NCBI RefSeq assembly: GCF_022539665.2
Contig: NC_081333.1
Coordinates: 12,896,001 to 12,960,000 of the forward strand
DNA: 64,000 bases
Direction of reading: 5' to 3'
Origin: Daphnia carinata
Taxonomy: Eukaryota
Part shown: one piece after another, positions 40,532 to 53,149 of the stretch
How positions within the stretch are numbered: position 1 is the stretch's first letter
Layout of the letters: every line of letters begins with the position of its first letter
Program-made: the position numbers and the translations under genes
The notes under the pieces: model-generated
Database searches by the model: none
What the model saw: only the letters and a program-made list of their open reading frames with translations
Told to the model about the DNA's origin: nothing

Positions 40532-43030
40532 TCAATGGACATAGGATGCCGAACTGGATTGCTGTACGGGACTTGGCGTCTTTGAATTGTTGCGATGGCG
40601 TGGCTGCGATGAAGATGACGGGCTACCTGATTCGCTTTGATGTTCCATCGATGATGAAGGAGCAGCAGCGGCGAGCATCACTTGAGACACTCGACCGCAA
40701 ATTTTGTGATGAACTTCCCAATGTTTGTGCTGGCAAAAGGTAGAGCAATAACGAGCCACGTTGCATCCACTGCACGTCTCGTTAGCCCGTCTTCCACAGT
40801 TCCAGCACAATTCCTTATTAGCTGGCGATGTTTGATGATGACTGCTACTCATCATGGCGTGCTGGCCCAAAGCTGAAAGAGCTTCTTCAGCTCCTTGACG
40901 ACGGGCTTCAGCGGCCAATCGTTCAGCCCGAAGACGTTCGGCTGAAAGTGCCCTTTGCAATTCGATCATAGCTGCCCGTCTGACATCGTGAACGGCCTCC
41001 TCTGCTTTACGTTTGACTTGATTGACACGATCTTCTGTCGCCTTTAATGTTTGGGCAATTAATTCACCTGCCTGACGTCGCAATTCAGACGCTTCGTACG
41101 TCACTTGCTGCTGATGAAGAGACGTAGACGAATCTCTTCTCTTTTGTTGATTGTCGTTGCTGGCCCGATGTTGCAAAATGCCCAATGCACGTCTCGTTTT
41201 TTCCACCATCGACAGGATACAGTTCAACATCTTTAATATGTTTAATGTTAGTCATTTGTCTTTGATTTTTGAATGAAATGAAATCAAACCGTGTGGATGT
41301 TGGCCCATTCTTCATCGCCTTGTTGAGGTTGAAAGGACGCCATCGGATTAGAGGGATAGGCTGATAACATTTTATTTGAAGACATTTCACGTTGACGTGA
41401 GCCTCCACCAACTCCCGATGTCATTGGATGTTGATGTTGGCTACTGTTGTCTTTGGGCGGCATCCAAACAGGCGGATGAGATGCCACTCTTTTTCTCGTC
41501 TCTTCCACCATATCTCCACCTCCACTGTTTTCTATCAAACTGCCAATCAACGAAATTTATCAATAATCGTTGGAAAAGCACCAGCTTCATAAACAATTCA
41601 TATCTGAACTACAATTGCAGGTGAATTGGCTGCGCAATTGGCTTTCTATATTTAATGAAACCCAACAAAAGTCAAGAACTGTTGGCAGTTCATCAATAAT
41701 GAACATCATTAACGATTCAAAACGTTGCTAGCATGCAAATAATAAACGAGTATAAATACCTGGCCGAAGCGCGACGTTTCCTTCCGTTTTGCTGTTGCAC
41801 GAGTTGTGTAGCCTCTATGACTGATTCATCAGCAGCCGTTTCACTTCCCGCAGGATGGGCACCTGGTTGGAACACCTGCCAAACGCTGAGCTCTTGTTCA
41901 GACGTTGAATCTTGAGACTGCAGCTGACTGTCGAGCAACAGGAGCGCTTTCACATGCTCTTTCGTCGTCTAGACAACATTGTAGCAACAAAAGAATGTGA
42001 ATAAACGTTTAAAATGGAAGAGATGATGTTTTGCATACCTGACTTGCAGGGTTTGGCTGGGCTAACAGACGGGCAGGATGAAGTCTGGCAGCTAATTCTC
42101 TTCGTAATCCATTCAATTGTTTATCGAGTAGAGGCAGGACGAAGGATCGAAAAGACAAGTGAACAATTTCATTGACACGTTGCTGAAACTCGTTCGAGTC
42201 TATGACTCCAATCTGATGGCCAACAAAAAGAAAGAAAAAAAAAATGGACTGGTGACATATTCAACACAGAACAGCCGGAATATAAAATCCCAAACAAACA
42301 AACAAGCGAACCCTCCAACTTCGTTTCTCTGCTCCTGTCACGTCCTCCCCTCTAAAGAAAAAGTTGGGTTTGCGAAACAGATGTTCTTAGCACGTCACCG
42401 CTGGTTCCGAAAAACTCGTGATGCTGATATAGCATCTCTCACAACCATCCCTTCCCTTTTTTTTTGGGTGGGGATGGTATTAGAAACGTCTGGGTTAGTG
42501 CACGTTTGGTCTAATGGTCACGGTCGGGGCCGGTCTATATGGGCCGAAACGGCCGTGAAAAGTCATAGGATCGTGAAGGAGCTAGCCGCCAATGGCCGGA
42601 TGAACGCAGCTGTTGGTCCCGCTGTCCGTTCAACGTCAGCAGATAACGATGTGTGGAACACGGGTCGCCTTTCTTCTAACGTAAGTGTCGAGGTTTTTTT
42701 TTTTTTCACGACTTGTAGTCACGCGTTTGATGTCATTTCGATAAAACTCGCCAAACAGATGAACATACTAACCAAAAGATCAGTGACGATTTGCAGCGCC
42801 CTGTCGGAATGTTGACGTGAAATGGAACCCGATAGTTTTAGGGTGGCCACTAAAACTTGTTTCAAGGGCGTCGAATCATCAGCGTCGGGAGGCGAATCAT
42901 CTTCTTCTGGATGTTTTTTACGACTGGGTGGAGTCGACGTTGTTGTGCTGTGCGGAGAATATCCTCCACGATTCGTCTCAGCTTCCTCCTCTTTGGACTC
43001 TTGTTGGGGCGACAAGTTCTCGTCGGGCAT
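40532..43030 (-). CDS. nvy: Nervy / MTG8 (CBFA2T/RUNX1T1 family) corepressor
   Basis: Exons 42773-43030, 42039-42212, 41760-41968, 41290-41539, 40532-41230. Divergent TAFH/NHR1 (EFQQRVNEIVHLSFRSFVLPLL..LRREL), NHR2 (EEWANIHTMLNCILSMVEKTRRAL), NHR3 (KAEEAVHDVRRAAMIELQRA), MYND finger CWNCGRRANETCSGCNVARYCSTFCQHKHWEVHHKIC. Confidence 0.92.
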
Positions 43031-46000
43031 GTTTAATTTTTTGGTGACTTGCTGTTGAATGCGAAATGAAAATTGCGATATAAGTGAAAACGAAATGACC
43101 CCCTTAAAATACGTTGCGCGCAATGAAGTGTAAAACCTTTTTTGTACGAGTGTAGTACTAATAAGCTGCTGCGGTGTGTAGGTAACACATGTGCCAGATA
43201 CTACTACAACACTCTCTGTTTCTAAAAAGGAAGGGGGGAGAGCCCAGCTGTTGCGACCGAGCTGCGCCATTCATCCGCCACATGCGCTCAGCGCAAACAC
43301 ATGCTGACATCCCATATGGAGAATGACAGACGAGGCATAACACACAGAGAGGGAAATCTAGTTGCTGGCGAAGAAATAGAAAAGCAATTCCCTCTTTTTT
43401 TTTTTGAGGCCGACCCGCATCTGAGACCTCTTTTTTCTATTGGGGCCGAATGAAACAGGGTCTTTTTACTACTATACAAATTTATGGATTGCTTTTTTTA
43501 ATGTAGTCCCATCATATTTTAGAACTTACCTTTCTTTGAAATGTTGTAGCAAAGAAATATCCGAACGTTGTAATTGAAAATGAGAAAAAGAGCTGACGTG
43601 TCGCTACCAACGGTCGAAGAGCAACTGCTGGGCTTGGCACCAATAAGCCCTCTATAACCTCTACCCTCTCTGAAGAGCTCAAGAGTCGAGGGCGTTGCGC
43701 GCGCATCGAAATAACAACACACAAGGAAATGGGTTTCACACGAATGCCGTGTTATTACGACGGTTCATTTCACTCGTGACACGCAAAAATACGTTGAAAA
43801 TGGGTCACGTATTATCTTTTATACCGTACGATTGATAGACAAAATTTTAAGACAATTGGTTTTTTTCTTGAACGAAGGGACCATATGATGCAGGCCCCAA
43901 CGGCTGTCGGCGTCTTGTCACGCGGGAACGGACGTTACCAGGTGCCAACTGTCGTCGCTAGCGAGAAACAACTTGGCCTTCAAGGTGTTTCTCTCACAAA
44001 CTTATAGACTTACCTAAGAGATATAGGGCGTGTGTGAACTGACATATCCAGACGCTGGAAAAAGAAATCCGCGCACAGCTGCGCTTCTTTTCCTCCATCT
44101 CTTTGTCATACTCCCAGCCATTTTGTATCCAAGTCCAGTCTTATAATCCCCATCTATAATCCTTAAGTCGCAGTCTAAATGCGCTACATTGTTAAGTCCG
44201 ATTTAATTGCGATTGCATCCAATAACTATCATTTTTTTTTTAGACAAGATATCGGGAGAAAATGGCGTACAAGAAAAGACTGTGGCGTGAGAAGCTGGGA
44301 CACAACAAACAGGATGGCAAAAAAACATGGGCCTAAATCTTGCTCCGGGGCCTCGATTCAATTTCTCACGGAAAAGACGATGTGAAAGCGGCTCGTTCAC
44401 ATGGTTATACAGCAGTTCCGCTTTCCATTGGTTTGAACGAAAAGAGAAAATCCTAATGTGGGACAATCCACACGTGTCATCACAACTTGCTGCTGTTGTT
44501 TGTTATCGTTGCAATCGATTCACGCGAAGCATCATTGCTCATCCGAACGCATTACACACAATCCTTTTGTTCAAAGAATTCAAATATTTTTTACGACACC
44601 GCACGTTTCACGCTTTAAGCAATATCTGATAACTCATCAAATATGACTTGGGGTCTTTTAAATGATTACATAATGGCAAGTGCCTAACCGACGCGTGTAA
44701 TATGCCCACCATATATATAAACGCTTGTGCAGGGAACTATAGAATGAGGACATCACACCGGTCGGCAGATGCCTTCGTTCTCAGCCGGATCGCACCTGGA
44801 TGAACTGTGTCGAGTTCTCCAGCCATCCCTCTGGGCACGCGGTCCAGCTTATTATCGTCATTATTGTAGATATAAATACGTTTTCGCTCAGGATGTTGAC
44901 CATGTCTTTTGAACACACACACTGTCCTTTAGACGGGACTTGTCTTAAAAACGAAATCAGGAAAAAAGGGAATCCATCATTTTCTAGGCTTGTACAGCTG
45001 GCCCATGGCCGTTAACGTGTGTCAATCACAGGCAGAGCCAAAGAGCACACGAAAAAAAGATTTGAACGAAAGATGGATAAAAAAAAAACAAACAAAAAGG
45101 GTGACGACCGAGTGCTCAAGACAGTTCAACAGTGGTGGTGAACGCTCTTCAGAAAGCTCACGCAGCAAAGACGGCATGTGTTTGTGACAGAAAGACTACT
45201 CGAAAACGTCTCAACACGCAACGCTATCTGGCAAAAAAAAAAAAAACTGGCCAAAACTCGGTTCCTCCTTCAACACAGTCTGGAACGTTCCTTTCAAATT
45301 TTTTTTCATTTTTCAGACGGCCTCTTTCATTATCAAGACGCCATCACCACGCCGTGTAACTAGTGCCGTTGACACCGTTCAACAACATCCGCAGCTCGCA
45401 CGAATTTCTTTTTTTTAATTTGACTTTATTCCTTTACCTTCATTCGAATCGTTTGATGTGGATGCACTGATAAAAACATTGACCACTGAAAGACACCTCC
45501 GTTCACGAGCTAATACCAACACAAACTGAGTGGCAAAAAAAATTTTGGTTCAAAACGAGGGGTGAAAGAACAGATGTTGATACGACCCCCTGGATTAAGC
45601 AAAAAATACACTCGCTGCCTATTGTATGGGTGGCTCCACCTGCCCCCCCCCTCTTAATCGTCGTTGAATCTATACAATCGTTTCACAATTGTATCAGAAG
45701 CGCGTGCACACAAATGGGTCAGATGCTTCAACTGCTGCGTTCCAGGTGTTTCCCATTTTCTTTTCTTCTACAGTCCCTGCAACGAATTTTTTTCTTATCA
45801 ATAAACGAGACGCCATCTGCTGTTCCCCAGTAGTTTTGACAGCTGATATTGTCATTTGCCCCCCTTTTTTCTAATTCCAATTTTTTTTTTTTTGTGATTT
45901 GCTCCATCTTGTCGTCGTCATTCCAATTTTGTTCTTATTTCTCGTGCTTGTTACGACGTCTGGTTCTTTTCTCAAGTGAATGACGACACCTGCCATCGCC

Positions 46001-46432
46001 ATTTCTCTCCAATGCGCCAAAGAAACGAGCCCAAAGCAGATGCGCTTTTTCCTTTTACTTATTTTCCCTTTCACTACTTGCTAGTCCAACACCCCACTTT
46101 CTTATTACCTGCGAATGATGTAGTCTCATGTGCGTATTTATACAGACATGCTGATGCGTGTGAATGAATGCAACGAGCGCCAGTACAAGCATCATTCCTT
46201 CTTCGGGATGATCCGTCATCGACGGTCCTCACGCGTCGAATCGACTCGTGAGAATTCGACAACCGTTTCACGCTACGATCTGTTACCAAGGCGACCAACC
46301 ATCCACCCGCATTCGCCGCTTTTCTCCAGACTATTATCTGTTTTCTTTTTAAAATGGGACAAGAGCATTTTATTTTTTTTTTAGAAAAAAAAAACATGAT
46401 TAGGAAAATACACAAATCCAAACTTATTATCG

Positions 46433-47275
46433 TCAAAAGGAATCAGATTCATTCTGCACGATCTCTTTGATGCGATTCAGCAAGTCTTGCTTGACGTCAC
46501 TAGGAATCGTGGCTGCGTGAAACAGAGACATTTAGACCGGACGCTCATAAAAAAGAATAATGTTGGGACTTACCACGGGCGTGTGGCGTTACTTGTTTAA
46601 TTATTTCGTCCACGCTGATGTTGTCAAGACCTTGTTCTTGCACGACTCGACGGCATTCCAATTTTAAAGCGTCTCGCCAACCTGATTTGATCAGCTGCTC
46701 ACGCAAAATAGCTCTCAATCTGTCAACGTGTACAACAGATTAATTATATTTGATAAATAGGCTGGCTATGATTGTATACGTAATTATGGCTGCATTAAAT
46801 CTAGTTGTTACTAGTTTCAGTATCAACCTTGAAACAAAGCCAATTCAGTGTCATGCTGTTCGAGAGAAAAGCTCATGTCAAGCCAAGACCAAGTACTTTG
46901 CAACCCAAGCAACTTTTTTATAGTTAAAATAAAAAATAATCAGAAACTATATTTTAAAAAACATGTCAGGATGTAACAATGATGACCTTCATCATTGCAT
47001 CCTACTGGTTTCACATTTAAAGGCTTATACCATCCAACTTGCTTAATATAGCTATTCAACTCAACCAAGTTGTTGCACTATTTTTTGCTTAAAATTCACT
47101 ATAGTGAACAAGTTGAAATACCTTTCTTTATCACCTTTCTCCACCAACCTCTGGTTAATGATGGCATACTCTCGATCACTGGATGAAAACGGCTACGTAT
47201 TAGAAACACACTTATTCTTCATTTTATGATATTTACGAGCCAATGAATAATTATATCGAAAACTTACTCTGACAT
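46433..47275 (-). CDS. ENY2: Enhancer of yellow 2 / Sus1 (SAGA DUB module and TREX-2 subunit), 96 aa
   Basis: Not in the ORF track. Exons 47268-47275, 47122-47178, 46574-46719, 46433-46512 total 291 nt and give MSDDREYAIINQRLVEKGDKERLRAILREQLIKSGWRDALKLECRRVVQEQGLDNISVDEIIKQVTPHARATIPSDVKQDLLNRIKEIVQNESDSF*, matching the ENY2 pattern (INQ.L.E.G..ERL, GW.D.LK..C, TP..RA..P..VK..LL.RI). Confidence 0.92.
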
Positions 47276-47706
47276 TTTAACACTGTAAAACAGAGCCTTG
47301 TGGCGTGTGAATAATCAAACGTCAAAGATTTCTAGAGAAGAAAAGAAAAACGTAAACTCGATTCAGCTTGGGGGACGACTGCTGGTTGTCATGGCAACAC
47401 CATGCCAATATTTCTTTTCCGGCTTTCGATTTCGTTAAAAAAAACTGACGTTGAAAGAAAACCAAAAGCCGAAATGATAGTTCCCACGTATTAAACACAA
47501 TTTATTGGCAAAATCAAGAAATGCCCACAGTTCGCAGTTCTATTATTATATTCCGTATAATTATTCATTGCTTACGGCATCGGTGTCGGTGACAGCAGTA
47601 GAAAAAAAACTGTGTTTGCGTATCGAGAAACTCATAGCTCATGCACACACACAAAATATTATTTATTTTCAGCCATGTTGTAAACCAATCATAATAACGC
47701 CATAAA

Positions 47707-50700
47707 ATGTGGATCATTTTTAGTGCAGTTTGCGTACAAATAGTGTTTCTCCTTTCGGTATTTGACATTCATTTTCATTCACCGATCGTGAAGGGAATGT
47801 CTCCATCTGCCAACCCTATTCCGGCGCCGGCAAAACGATTGGTACTTTTCTCAGCGGACGGATTGAGATTTGATACTTTTCTCAGCCATGGAAATGATCG
47901 AGAACCTAATGCCAAATTTCTGAGGTTTATAGTTTTAAGCGAAATCTTTGAGTGATGTGTTAATCCAAAGATATTGTTCGATTCGCAGATCGGTAGCAAG
48001 CAGTCGAGGAAAATGGGGATTGTCAAGTACTAGGGTTCCAACTGAGTCCCGTCCAGGACATGTAGCAATGATTGCTGGACTCTATGAGGATCCATCTGCC
48101 GTATTCAGAGTTAGTTGGTTAATAGCTTCAGTCATCTTTATGAACTGTTTAATTTAATAGTATTTTGATAAATTATATTTCCTTAAAGGGCTGGAAAGAA
48201 AACCCAGTGGAATTTGACTCAGTTTTCAATCAGAGCAGTTACACAATTAGCTGGGGTAGCCCAGACATTCTTTCAATGTTCGCAAAAGGTTCTTTGAATG
48301 ATTTGATAATAGTATTTGGAAAAATGCTAAATTATTTATATATGCAGGAACAAAAGGGAATGTGATCACTCACACATATTCTTCAGAAAGTGAGCAGTTC
48401 ACTGGACACGATGCTTACAAACTTGACGAATGGGTGTTTGAACATTTCGAACGATATCTACAAATGGCTCCACATAATACCACGATCTCCAACATGTTGC
48501 AACAGCAGCAGTTGATATTTTTTGTGCACCTTTTGGGATTAGATACTAATGGTCATACCAATAAGCCCCACTCTACGTAAGATCATGAAGACTATGTAAA
48601 AATTTAAAACGTTATAATACGATTTTGCTTGATCTAGTTTATATACCGATAACCTTCGGTATGTGGATCAGGGGATCGCTAAAATTGAAAGTTTGATCAA
48701 CGGCTATTTCAAGGATAATAAAACGGCCTTTATTTTTACTGCCGATCACGGAATGACTGACTGGGGTAAGCGTATTTTTAAACTTTCAAAGAAAAACAAC
48801 GAATATCCGATTATACCCTTAGGTTCTCATGGAGCGGGTCATCCAACGGAAACACAGACCCCTATCGTTTGCTGGGGTGCGGGAATCAACACGGACAATA
48901 TTGATCCTTTGCATTGGGAGAACAACAGGGACGATATGGAACAAGCTGATATTGCTCCTCTTATGGCCGCTCTGTTGGGGATTAATTTCCCGGTGAATTC
49001 AGTGGTAATAATTGTTTAAATTAAAAGCTCCATTGAGGAAAGAAAAACTAATTCCCATAATTTTATAAGGGAAAATTACCTCTAGCTTATTTAGCCAATG
49101 AGATGCTATGGAAATCTCACTCTGCATTGACCAATGCCAGACAATTGACGAGATCGTTCCAATCCCTATCTCAACGCCAGCAAAATCAAAGTCTTTCGTG
49201 GCGATTCCGGCCGTTCTGGCCATTGGAATCGAATCAAGTAACTATGCATAACCTTCAGCAGATAGAGAATTCAATTCGTTCTGGATACTACAATGAATCG
49301 GTAAACAATATTTCAGCATGGCAATGTATGTTTCTTAAAAATTCTTTATATTGTGGTCAAAATAGATCCAGCAGAGCATTGATTTGATGGACCTCTACCT
49401 TCAAGGGATGGACTACTTTTATCGTTACGACGAATTTCAACTGAAAATGTGCATTACGCTAGCCTACATCGGATGGGCGGCCATCCTTGTCGTCTTCCTC
49501 ATTCAAGAGCGGATGCCAGTATCGAAGAAAAAATGTGCCAAACAGTTTGGATTGATCGATCAGATCGCATTCGGCATATCCGTCTTTATCTTTATCGTTT
49601 TGACAGGTTGAAAAATATTATAATATTTAAGAATATCACATAATATTTAATCTTCTGACGTCAGTGGAAGGAGCCCCTTTTCTTTACTATGCCTATCATC
49701 TACTGCCTTTGGTGTTGTGGTGGTATTGTTTACGGCAATCGCGTCAAATGCTACGCCAAACTGTCCGTCTAGTCCGCATCCGCCATTTTATATGGACCAT
49801 CTTCCTCCTTGGAGGACTCGAGTTTCTAGTGGCAGGATTTTTTCAACGATGGTTCCTCTCTGTCGGACTCATTTTTTTATCTCTTTGGCCACATTGGGAC
49901 CAGCGATCATCCAGCCGTTGGCGACATCACGAAATGTTCAAGAGCTTATGGATGTTTATATTTCTCATTTTAGCCATGTTTCCTGTTTTTCCCCCCGTAG
50001 GGAAACATTCCTTTCCCATTCTTGTGTAAGTTAAACTAATTGGACATGTTATTTTTTAATAATGCAGAATTTTGAAACATTAGGGACATTGGAGGAATGC
50101 TGTTGACGGTGGTGGCATTTTGGAGCTCGTTGGTCATGCACCACGATCGCGATCGTACAGTTCTGGTTTGCTACACGATAGCCATACCAATCACGCTCTA
50201 TGTCCGTCATAGCGTTAGTGACAGTCTCGTTCAAGGACAAGGACTTCCTATTTTGGAACAAGTTCTTTCTTGGCTTCTTCTTGGTATTTTAATTGCAATT
50301 ATTTTTCACCATCATTTGCTTGGCAACGTTGTAATTGTTTCTTTAGGTTTACCCCTGACATTACCTGTCATAGGTCCGTCTTTATTATGGCCACGTTTGA
50401 TCGGGATTGTCATCACTTTGACGCCGTCCTTTCTTTTGTTAAGTTTGTCTTATGAAGGCATCTTCTTTGCCATTCTAGTCGTTGCATTGGCCGTTTGGAT
50501 CCGGTTGGAGGGGGTGATTCCACCATCTGATTCCTTTTGGACGCAACTACGCCGATCCTATTTCTTCCTCTTTTTGACCTTATTATCTTTCTTCGGACTG
50601 GGAAATCTGGCCAGTCTGAACAGTTTCGACCCGAGTAGTGTCCGTTGTTTTGTCACCACCTTCTCTCCATTCACCATGGCCGGTCTCCTCCTGTGGAAGA

Positions 50701-51002
50701 TTACCGTTCCATTCATCGCCGTCTCGTCGGCTCTTTGGGCCATTACGGTCCAGCACCAATTGTCGATGAAAAGTGTTTACCTGATGATTTTGCTACTGTC
50801 GGGTGTCATGGCAGTCCAATTCTTCCACTGGGTGACTTCACGTGGCAGTTGGCTGGACATTGGCACCTCCCTCTCTCATTATGTCATCGTCCAGTCTACC
50901 GTTCTCTTTGTCATGCTTTTACGTTCCGTCGTCCAGTTCCTGACACACGGACCGATTTACTTTCACGTCGGACCGACGGCCAGCAAGTACGACAAAGACT
51001 GA
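47707..51002 (+). CDS. PIGN: GPI ethanolamine phosphate transferase 1
   Basis: Exons 47707-47924, 47989-48109, 48189-48288, 48348-48576, 48638-48765, 48823-49004, 49070-49300, 49366-49606, 49665-50025, 50084-50283, 50347-51002. Motifs [87 protein letters not shown]. Confidence 0.96.
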
Positions 51003-52626
51003 ATGGAACTTGCAAGGCCGACACAATACCAAGAAGAAAGGAATTAAACCCAGCCCATTTTCAAGGTTCTACTAATTCCCTCCTTTTCGTTTAATATTCT
51101 GAAATTCGCACACAACAATAACAAGAAGAAATACAAATGCCGATCGATGCCGTACGTGTCTAATGAATCTGGCCAATCCCTAAGCAAGTTCATTCACCTG
51201 CTGCTGTTTCTTTCATTTCCCTTTCTTTCATTTCGTTTTTCCTTGTTGGGTTTCCTCTTTTGTAGATGTGGGCAGCACAGGTATATTACCTGTCCCCTTT
51301 AGGGAGATCAGGTGGATACACACACCGACACTGTCTACATACACGTGGATAAACTGGTCGGAAGACAACCATTGGTCAGTCAAAGGCAAATATGGCGCGG
51401 ACGATGCGACTCTTTTGTTCTTACTAAACTATCTCGCAATCGTTTGAATTATTCAATAGCTCAACGGGACAACTAGCATTTTTATTCAGAATTGCAAATC
51501 CTAAAAAGGATTTTATTGGAAGCATTTCGTGTTGGCTTCTTGTGGGATGGTCTTTGTCTTTCGACTATGACCTTGGCATTCGTGACGTATATGGACATTT
51601 TTACCGGGAATAATAAAATAAACTCATCAACCGTGTCTACAACGATACTTAAACATGTCTGGGACAACAACTTGACGTGACTGGACGCTTCTTTGTCTTT
51701 GGCAGTTGACACTAGAAAAGCAATCAGCATCTTCTTCCTGTCCATTCTTCGTGTTTTGCTCGCAGCTAACCAGCAACACACACATTTCCCACTTCTTTAA
51801 AGGTGTTATTATTATTCTCAGAACTAGCAAATTAATCATGCAAGAAAACATTTCATTAAAATTCAATTCCTTTCTTCATCATCTATGTCCAGAAGGTTCA
51901 AGCATTTTTCCCTTTCCTCAACGAGTTCTTTTTACTAACCCCCTACTCCTTCCTTCCTCACTGGAGGGTAAATTCTCATTTGGTTTTCTTTCTCGTTCCT
52001 TTATTTTTTTTTTCCTTTCTTAGGCATCCGCGCGCGCCTTCTCTTGCTTTTATTGTGTCCAAAAGTGCTAGAAAAAGACTCTGTCGGTTTCTGCAACCCA
52101 TAGCCATTACTATCAACAATGTTTTCTTCTTCGAAACAAAAGATTTTCATTTCTGATCTATTCCCTTTTCGTTGTGTTAAGATGGTTCTACATTAAACCG
52201 AAAACCCTGGAAGAAACATGTAGATGAATGATATTATTTTTTAGTTTCAAAAGCCCAAATGAAAATAAACTTGAAGATGAATATTGAATAGTTCCGAGAA
52301 GATAGCAGGCGAAACAGGTTGATGTCAAAAAGTTGCTGTAACCACTTTCCGGAAGAAGAGTGGGAAAAAAAAAAGAGCGCGCGCGGGCTTTTCCCTTCAA
52401 CCCCAGAGCACCACCCCGCCCCTCCTTTACTTTGATAGATTAGAAAGTTGAAATTTAATAGTTTTTTGTTTCTAGTTCAAAGTTTTTTAGGCCCTTCAAC
52501 AGGCAGATGGGCTATAATGGAATCGATGCATTATTTTAGATGGAAAAATTCTTTTCTTTGATGCACCTGAAATCGACACCGACGTATTTATATCGCCTTG
52601 TTCGATATAGGCCCGTTGTGTTTTCA

Positions 52627-53149
52627 TTTCCCGCCCAGTCAGTCACCTGTTTTTGCCGCGAAAAGCTTGAAAACAGCTGATCGGTTGGGGCTGCCCACGT
52701 GACTTTTGGCTGCCAGGCCACACCCACAAAGCAAGCCTCAACCAATCAAAGGCTTACTTTTCATGTTGGCCCAGGTGGCGCTTTGAAATTTCAAATCAAA
52801 AGGATCAGGGGGCGCTCGTCGATCTTTATCACGAAAAAGAGTCCTCTTCCCAGTTTCACTGTACTTCTTCGACGACACGGATTCTATTTCGCTTGCTTGT
52901 CTCATCGATTCAATATCTTTTATTAGTGATTTTTTTTTTATTTTTCTTAAATCATCGTCGATACAAACTGGATTTGGAAGTGATTCAACTATCAAAGGTA
53001 TTTTTTCATTTGTGAAATGTTTCATTTATTTTAGGTCCTAGCTCACACAAGTTTCATGGAAACATAATCAGGATCCATTTGAACATCATTTTCCTTGCTA
53101 AAATGTGTTCATTTTTGAATTATCTCATGGTACCAAAGACATTTGGCGC
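52627..53149 (+). promoter_or_regulatory. E2F / CHR-type cell-cycle elements upstream of cyclin E
   Basis: TTTCCCGC 52627-52634, CCGCGAAA 52656-52663, CCAAT 52742, TGGCG followed by palindromic TTTGAAATTTCAAA 52776-52795, TTTGGCGC 53142-53149. Confidence 0.55.

Noticed and set aside
41081..41090. CAATTCAGAC resembling the RNase P RNA CR-V motif (RPR is intronic in insects and crustaceans)
   Set aside because: It lies antisense within the nervy coding exon and has no matching CR-I partner upstream.
42159..42815. 218-aa plus-strand ORF and GC-rich block in nervy intron 1, considered as an antisense gene or structured RNA
   Set aside because: No recognisable protein or RNA-family motif; more simply an enhancer containing an E-box.
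50284..50346. 63-nt stop-free in-frame segment inside the long PIGN ORF
   Set aside because: It has GT-AG ends and typical intron length, so I treat it as an ordinary intron; no evidence for retention.
51482..52023. Short ORFs on both strands between PIGN and cyclin E
   Set aside because: No consistent exon chain or motif; may be UTR or non-coding transcript but unsupported.
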